Source: Methylophaga sp. (GTDB taxonomy: Bacteria; Pseudomonadota; Gammaproteobacteria; Nitrosococcales; Methylophagaceae). Taken from it: a DNA stretch of 64,000 nucleotides. The notes beneath the pieces are model-generated. The model made no database searches. It saw only the letters and a program-made list of their open reading frames with translations, and was not told the DNA's origin. Made by a program: the position numbers and the translations under genes. The stretch is taken from assembly GCF_965655755.1 (NCBI RefSeq), contig NZ_CBFHHW010000006.1, positions 11,031-75,030 of the forward strand, in the 5' to 3' direction. Shown piece by piece: positions 59,058 through 64,000 of this stretch. Positions within the stretch are counted from its first letter, which is position 1. Every line of letters begins with the position of its first letter.

Positions 59058-59285
59058 TTAGCCTCCGGTTACCGGCGGAAAAAAGGCTACTTCATCACCC
59101 TCTTTGATAGGGGTGTCAAAGCGGGCATAGTCGAGATTGATTGCCACTAATATATTGTCCGGGCGGGGTGCATTATTTGTTGCCAAAGCCCAGGCCTCAG
59201 CAGCATCTTTAGCAGCGTCGAGTTCAACTTCGGCTTGACTTACCTTATCTCGCAGGCTGGCAAAAAATTTGACTTGAATACTCAT
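59058..59285 (-). CDS. moaD: Molybdopterin synthase sulfur carrier
   Basis: VKFFASLRD, C-terminal VAFFPPVTGG. Confidence 0.96.
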   Translation of the reverse strand: MSIQVKFFASLRDKVSQAEVELDAAKDAAEAWALATNNAPRPDNILVAINLDYARFDTPIKEGDEVAFFPPVTGG

Positions 59286-59331
59286 CTGGTTGATCGTTCT
59301 AAGCAATTAAAGTCTAAGGATAACATTTGCG

Positions 59332-59808
59332 ATGTCTGAATTGACCCATTTTAATCAGGCCGGTGAAGCTCATATGGTCGATGTCGGTGCTAAATCTGTG
59401 ACCGACAGGGTTGCGGTGGCTGCAGGTACCATCTCAATGTTGCCTGAAACCTTCGGTTTAGTTGAACAGGGTGGTCATAAAAAAGGGGATGTACTTGGGA
59501 TCGCGCGCATTGCCGGGATTATGGCGGCTAAAAAGACGTCTGATCTGATTCCGCTCTGTCATCCTTTGGCGTTAAGCAAAGTCAGCGTTGAGTTTGAACT
59601 TGATAAAGCCAATGCAGCTATTCATTGTCAGGTGCAAGTCGGTACCAGTGGTCAGACCGGCGTTGAGATGGAGGCGCTGACGGCCGTTCAGGTTACTCTG
59701 CTCACCATCTACGATATGTGTAAAGCTGTCGACCGTGGCATGACAATGAACAACATCCGGTTACTTGAAAAGCAGGGGGGGAAAAGCGGTCACTGGAAAG
59801 CGGAGTGA
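59332..59808 (+). CDS. moaC: Cyclic pyranopterin monophosphate synthase
   Basis: [37 protein letters not shown]. Confidence 0.98.
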   Translation: MSELTHFNQAGEAHMVDVGAKSVTDRVAVAAGTISMLPETFGLVEQGGHKKGDVLGIARIAGIMAAKKTSDLIPLCHPLALSKVSVEFELDKANAAIHCQVQVGTSGQTGVEMEALTAVQVTLLTIYDMCKAVDRGMTMNNIRLLEKQGGKSGHWKAE

Positions 59809-59815
59809 GCGCATC

Positions 59816-60886
59816 TTAGCTGAATATAGCCTTGAAACTGACATGTTCGCCCGAGCGACGAGTGTCATAGCCTGAGAATCCTTCCAGCGCGTTATGAAAG
59901 TCCTTACTTTTTAACAAAGACACAATCTCTTTAACACGCTCATCATCAATGAGTTGATTTGGCACGGCTAAACAGTAGTGCTCCCAAGCGATTGGCAGAA
60001 ACTCAAGGTTGAATTTGTCGGCCACAGGCGCGATTCCAAAACCGACGTCGACCGCACCGCTGGCGACCATTGCGGCAACCGCCATATGGGTAAACTCTTC
60101 CTGTTCGTAACCCTGAACTTGTCTGGTGGCGATCTGTGCCTCTTCAAGTAACTGGTCAAATAATAAGCGGGTACCGGAATCGGCCTGACGATTGATAAAT
60201 GTCACATCAGGCTGAGTCAGTGAGTTTATACTTTCAATATGTTTGGGATTGCCTTTAGCTACCATCAGACCTTGATTGCGTTTGACCACATAGATCAACT
60301 GATGTGTGCCTTCACTGATTAATTCAAGGTAATCCGAGATAATTTGTTGACCCAGTTTGCCCTCCGGAATGTGAAAGCCGGCAATATGACAATCACGATT
60401 GCGAAGCGCACGCAGACTGTCCAGACTGCCGTGAAAGTGCAAGTCCAGTTGGAAGTCTGATTGTTGATTGATGAGATCACGCAAAGTGCCAATTGCTAGG
60501 CCATGGCTGGCAAAAATGTTGAAGCCGTCACCGCGGCTATGATCCAGTAATGACTCAAATTCACGTTTGAATTGTGTCGAAAAATTATCCAATTCCGGTG
60601 CAAAAGATGCCGACAATTGACGGTTTGAGTGCATTAGCTTTTCGCCAATAGATGACAGTTTGGCTCCTCGGCCGCGCTCTAAAATGACCAGCGGCTGACC
60701 TAATAAACTTTCCCACTTATTCAAAAGACCCCAGGCAAAACGATAGGAAACCAGGGTTTTGTCGGTGGCCTTTTTCAGCGAACCTTCCCGCTGAACCGCT
60801 TCCAGCAATTGAAACAGTACTGCATCAATGTTGTGTGTATCGCCCTGTTGACTAAGCTGCCAGTGAAAGTTGATTTTGATATCCAT
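59816..60886 (-). CDS. ModE-type wHTH plus PBP (oxyanion-binding-like) transcriptional regulator
   Basis: LLEAVQREGSLKKA...VSYRFAWG...RGRGA; ASHGL, GS..SL..L....CHIAGFH, FINRQADSGTR, Y..EE.TH.AVA. Confidence 0.88.
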   Translation of the reverse strand: MDIKINFHWQLSQQGDTHNIDAVLFQLLEAVQREGSLKKATDKTLVSYRFAWGLLNKWESLLGQPLVILERGRGAKLSSIGEKLMHSNRQLSASFAPELDNFSTQFKREFESLLDHSRGDGFNIFASHGLAIGTLRDLINQQSDFQLDLHFHGSLDSLRALRNRDCHIAGFHIPEGKLGQQIISDYLELISEGTHQLIYVVKRNQGLMVAKGNPKHIESINSLTQPDVTFINRQADSGTRLLFDQLLEEAQIATRQVQGYEQEEFTHMAVAAMVASGAVDVGFGIAPVADKFNLEFLPIAWEHYCLAVPNQLIDDERVKEIVSLLKSKDFHNALEGFSGYDTRRSGEHVSFKAIFS

Positions 60887-60910
60887 AATTATGCACAAGT
60901 TCTCATATTT
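60887..60910. promoter_or_regulatory. ATG-N10-CAT operator-like palindrome abutting regulator start codon
   Basis: aaTTATG-cacaagttct-CATATtt. Confidence 0.55.
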
Positions 60911-60951
60911 TATATTCATTAAGTGAGATATAGAATACATCACATTGCACA

Positions 60952-60975
60952 ATATATGACATTGTAAACATATAT
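60952..60975. promoter_or_regulatory. ATG-N10-CAT operator-like palindrome upstream of porin-tupA
   Basis: ATATATG-N10-CATATAT (perfect 7-bp arms). Confidence 0.65.
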
Positions 60976-61011
60976 ATGTCGAATTTACTTATCGTTACTG
61001 GGAAAAATAAA

Positions 61012-62346
61012 ATGAGATTGAAAACGACATTTGTTGCAGCGAGTGTGGCGCTGACGATGACAAATGCAGCTTACGCAGGTTCAGAAATTGAAACGTTGAT
61101 TAATATGCTGCATGAAAACGGGATGGTTTCTGAAGCACAGTATGGCCGTTTGATGGCAGAGCTAGAGCAGAATAAGACGCAGTCAGCTGAAGAAAAAGCA
61201 GCAGTGGACAAAAAACTGGCAGAAGCGACAAAACCGTCTGATGTCGAGGTCACCATAGACAAAGGTATTAACATCAAAACCCGTGATGAAAAATTCACCA
61301 CAAAAATAGGGGGTCGGGTGCAGGCCGATGCTGCTGCGTACGGTGGTGAACCGGATATGGGGGATGGCACTGAAATTCGTCGCGCCAGACTTTATCTTCA
61401 GGGCACTATGTATAACGACTGGGGCTACAAGCTGCAGTATGACTTCGTTAATTCAGGGAATACGGGTATCAAAGACGCTTACTTATCCTATAAAGGCTTT
61501 GATAATTTAGAGCTCAAAGCCGGTAATTTCAAAGACCCATTCAGCTTGCAGGAACAAACCAGTTCGAAATTTATTTCCTTTATGGAGCGCGGTCTGCCCT
61601 CAACCTTTGCTGCCGGACGTCATATCGGCGTGATGGCAAGTAAAGCAAACAAACATTGGACGCTGGCGGGTGGTTTATTCGGTGACACGGTGAGTAAAAA
61701 AGGTGGAGCAGAGGATGAAGGATGGGGCTTAGGCACACGTGCCACATGGGCGCCTGTTAATGACAAAACAAAAGTTATTCACCTTGGTTTAGGTTTGAAC
61801 TACCGTGAAACCGGTGGAGCAAACGAGGCGCAATTTAAACAGCAAGCCGAATCGCATCTTTCAGGTATCAGTATTGTTGATACAAACGTCATTGCAGCGG
61901 TGAATGATTTTTATAAAGTCGGCGCCGAAATCGCTACCGTACAAGGACCCTTCTCCGCGCAGGCGGAATACATTACCACTTCAGTCAATCGTGATGCAGG
62001 CAAAGATCTGGACTTTAATGGCTGGTATGCACAGGCCGGGTATTTCCTGACAGGCGAGTCACGTAACTACAAAAACGGCAAGTTTGGCGGTATTTCACCA
62101 AAAGCCAATGTGGGGGAAGGCGGTATCGGTGCCTGGGAGATGGCATTACGTTACAGCACGGTTGATTTGAGCGATGCTGAGATTGATGGTGGTGAAGCGG
62201 ATTCAGTCACCTTGGGTTTGAACTGGTATCCATCGCCGACCTTGCGCTTCTCAGCAAACTATGTGGACGTGCTCGATGTGGATGGCGGTGCGAATGATGG
62301 AGACGAACCAAGTGTGCTCCAGGTCCGGAGTCAGTGGGCGTTCTAG
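61012..62346 (+). CDS. OprO/OprP-family anion-selective porin
   Basis: Signal peptide, coiled N-terminus, GGRVQAD, EIRRARL..G, G.FK.PF.L, FMER, WEMALRYS..DL, GLNWY, terminal QWAF. Confidence 0.9.
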   Translation: MRLKTTFVAASVALTMTNAAYAGSEIETLINMLHENGMVSEAQYGRLMAELEQNKTQSAEEKAAVDKKLAEATKPSDVEVTIDKGINIKTRDEKFTTKIGGRVQADAAAYGGEPDMGDGTEIRRARLYLQGTMYNDWGYKLQYDFVNSGNTGIKDAYLSYKGFDNLELKAGNFKDPFSLQEQTSSKFISFMERGLPSTFAAGRHIGVMASKANKHWTLAGGLFGDTVSKKGGAEDEGWGLGTRATWAPVNDKTKVIHLGLGLNYRETGGANEAQFKQQAESHLSGISIVDTNVIAAVNDFYKVGAEIATVQGPFSAQAEYITTSVNRDAGKDLDFNGWYAQAGYFLTGESRNYKNGKFGGISPKANVGEGGIGAWEMALRYSTVDLSDAEIDGGEADSVTLGLNWYPSPTLRFSANYVDVLDVDGGANDGDEPSVLQVRSQWAF

Positions 62347-62407
62347 TCATTTTTATGTCAACAAATTGTTCTACTCTAAGTATGAATATCAATTAAGGAG
62401 AAAGCCT

Positions 62408-63211
62408 ATGAAACTGCAAAAAGGATTAAGTCTGATTCTGTTGTTAGTGATGAGCTCTATGGCGATGGCCGTCGAGCATCTCAAGCTATCGACAACGACC
62501 AGCACTGATAACTCTGGATTATTGGCGGTATTAAACCCGGTTTTCGAAAAAAAGTTTGATGCCAAAGTCGATGTTATTGCTGTTGGCACGGGTAAAGCGC
62601 TTAAAATTGGCAGCAATGGTGATGTGGATGTGGTGTTTGTGCATGCGCCAGCTGCAGAACTAAAGTATGTTCAATCCGGTGATTTTAGTGATCGTAGTGC
62701 TGTTATGCACAATGATTTTGTTGTGGTTGGTCCGGCATCCGATCCAGCCAATATTGCGACCGCAAAAAATGCAGCTGAGGCGTTCATCCGTATTGCCAAT
62801 TCAAAAACAGATTTTGTCTCGCGAGGTGATGATTCTGGAACACATAAGAAAGAAAAAACTTTATGGGAGAATGCCGGCCTAACACCTGAAGGTAAGTGGT
62901 ATGTTGCTGCAGGTCAGGGAATGGGCGCGGTACTTAAGATTGCCGATGAAAAACAGGCCTATGCGTTGACCGATCGCGGTACTCAAATCGCCTATGCCGA
63001 AAAAATGAGTTTGAAAGTGCTGTTTGAAGGTGATGAGGTGTTATTTAACCCTTATCATGTAATGGCAGTGAACCCTGCGAAGCATGATCATGTTAAATAC
63101 GATTTGGCCCGAAAATATATTGATTTTGTCACTGGCGAAGAAGGTCAATCTATTATTAACGACTTTCGCATGAATGGACAGCAACTGTTTCATCCCGATG
63201 CGATACATTAG
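62408..63211 (+). CDS. tupA: Tungstate-binding periplasmic protein TupA
   Basis: TTTSTDNSGLL signature, VGTGKAL, DVVFVHAP, MHNDF, FVSRGDDSGTH, LFNPYHV. Confidence 0.9.
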   Translation: MKLQKGLSLILLLVMSSMAMAVEHLKLSTTTSTDNSGLLAVLNPVFEKKFDAKVDVIAVGTGKALKIGSNGDVDVVFVHAPAAELKYVQSGDFSDRSAVMHNDFVVVGPASDPANIATAKNAAEAFIRIANSKTDFVSRGDDSGTHKKEKTLWENAGLTPEGKWYVAAGQGMGAVLKIADEKQAYALTDRGTQIAYAEKMSLKVLFEGDEVLFNPYHVMAVNPAKHDHVKYDLARKYIDFVTGEEGQSIINDFRMNGQQLFHPDAIH

Positions 63212-63225
63212 GTTTTAACACGAAT

Positions 63226-63256
63226 GCGGGTTACCAATAAGGCAACCCGCTTTTTT
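63226..63256. terminator. Intrinsic terminator closing porin-tupA
   Basis: GCGGGTTACC-aataa-GGCAACCCGC-TTTTTT. Confidence 0.85.
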
Positions 63257-63257
63257 A

Positions 63258-63659
63258 TTACTTGGCTTTCTTGGGTTTTATTACACCAATAGCACCATCA
63301 CTGCGTGCTTTTAAGTAGCGGTAAAGCTTTTCACGGCCTTCCATAACTTTTGGGTTGGCAGACCAGGCGGGCATGCTCCCAATGGTGCCAGATTTACCAT
63401 TTTCAACCGTGTTGAAAAATTCTTCTTTAGTGATTATTCCCAAGCTATCAGCCAGATTGGGACCAACCATACCTTGCCCATAGGTACCATGACAGCGTGC
63501 ACACCAGTTTCGGTATAGCTTGAAGCCTTGGTAGGTCTCAGCATCCAAATGGGTGCCATCAGTCACGGTGTAAGGTGTTTCTTCCGCATTAGCCAAACTG
63601 AGGGGCAGTATTGTGGTGAGAGACAACAGCAGAGCAAATCCTGTTTTGGGTGAAAGCAT
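63258..63659 (-). CDS. Mono-heme class I cytochrome c, XoxG/cytochrome cL-like
   Basis: Signal peptide, CARCH, axial Met in GSMPAW, LY.YLKARSDGAI. Confidence 0.85.
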   Translation of the reverse strand: MLSPKTGFALLLSLTTILPLSLANAEETPYTVTDGTHLDAETYQGFKLYRNWCARCHGTYGQGMVGPNLADSLGIITKEEFFNTVENGKSGTIGSMPAWSANPKVMEGREKLYRYLKARSDGAIGVIKPKKAK

Positions 63660-63806
63660 AAATAATCTCCATCTTTATATGTAGTTACTTCTGGTCAGTC
63701 ATAACCAGTGCCGATAAGGCTTAATAAAGAGTTTATACAATCAAACAAAGTAAAAAATGGGTGATTTGCCAGTCCTGTGTGTTATATCCCCTATATAATG
63801 TAAGGT

Positions 63807-64000
63807 TTATCCTCGATTCAGAAGATCCCTTAAATCAATAATGGCGGCATTTGCACGTGAAATATACGATGCCATCACCAGTGAGTGGTTGGCAAAAAGA
63901 CCAAACCCACCGCCATTGAGAATAATCGGGCTCATAACCGTTTCCTGCGTCGCTTCCAACTCACGAATAATTTGACGCAGACTGACCAATGCATTTTTCT
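63807..64000 (-). CDS. C-terminal fragment of an unidentified protein running off window end
   Basis: Open frame from window edge: KNALVSLRQIIRELEATQETVMSPIILNGGGFGLFANHSLVMASYISRANAAIIDLRDLLNRG*. Confidence 0.6.
   Translation of the reverse strand, partial: KNALVSLRQIIRELEATQETVMSPIILNGGGFGLFANHSLVMASYISRANAAIIDLRDLLNRG

Noticed and set aside
59286-59331. Moco/Wco riboswitch upstream of moa genes
   Set aside because: The intergenic gap is only 46 bp, too short for the aptamer, and no matching structure was seen.
1-64000. tRNA, rRNA, integrase, prophage or IS elements
   Set aside because: No cloverleaf or rRNA signatures, recombinases or phage genes were seen by eye; a tRNAscan-SE/Infernal run would be needed to exclude small RNAs.

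Overview
This is a 64-kb, gene-dense core-chromosome window from a Gammaproteobacterium. The gene repertoire (SoxC-like Mo enzyme, System II cytochrome c maturation, gnd, tungstate-binding TupA, XoxG-like cytochrome c) suggests a marine methylotroph such as Methylophaga; that assignment is inference. I found no rRNA, tRNA, CRISPR array, transposase, prophage or clear defence system. Most genes are housekeeping: engB, c4-resB-ccsA-dsbA, mltF, trhP, tadA, waaA, lpxL, rplM-rpsI, uppP, dld, serA, efpL, rbgA, gnd, modABC, guaBA, xseA, kdsD-kdsC-lptCAB, mlaA, prlC, ubiD and moaCDE. The most interesting signals are: (1) a Mo/W oxyanion regulon marked by four 24-bp ATG-N10-CAT palindromes, linking a sensor-less ModE/modABC locus to a ModE-PBP regulator and a porin-tupA operon (candidate tungstate porin); (2) a Fur-box-controlled micro-operon of three small Cys/His proteins ahead of a TonB receptor; (3) an archaeal-type pol-beta nucleotidyltransferase abutting gnd; (4) a 47-aa His-rich lipoprotein absent from the ORF track; (5) an LptA-SH3 fusion; (6) an HTH protein with an 8x9-bp (KKD)n tandem repeat; and (7) a PlcP-Agt lipid-remodelling pair with a Pho-box-like array. 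Family assignments are from motif recognition only; no database searches were run.
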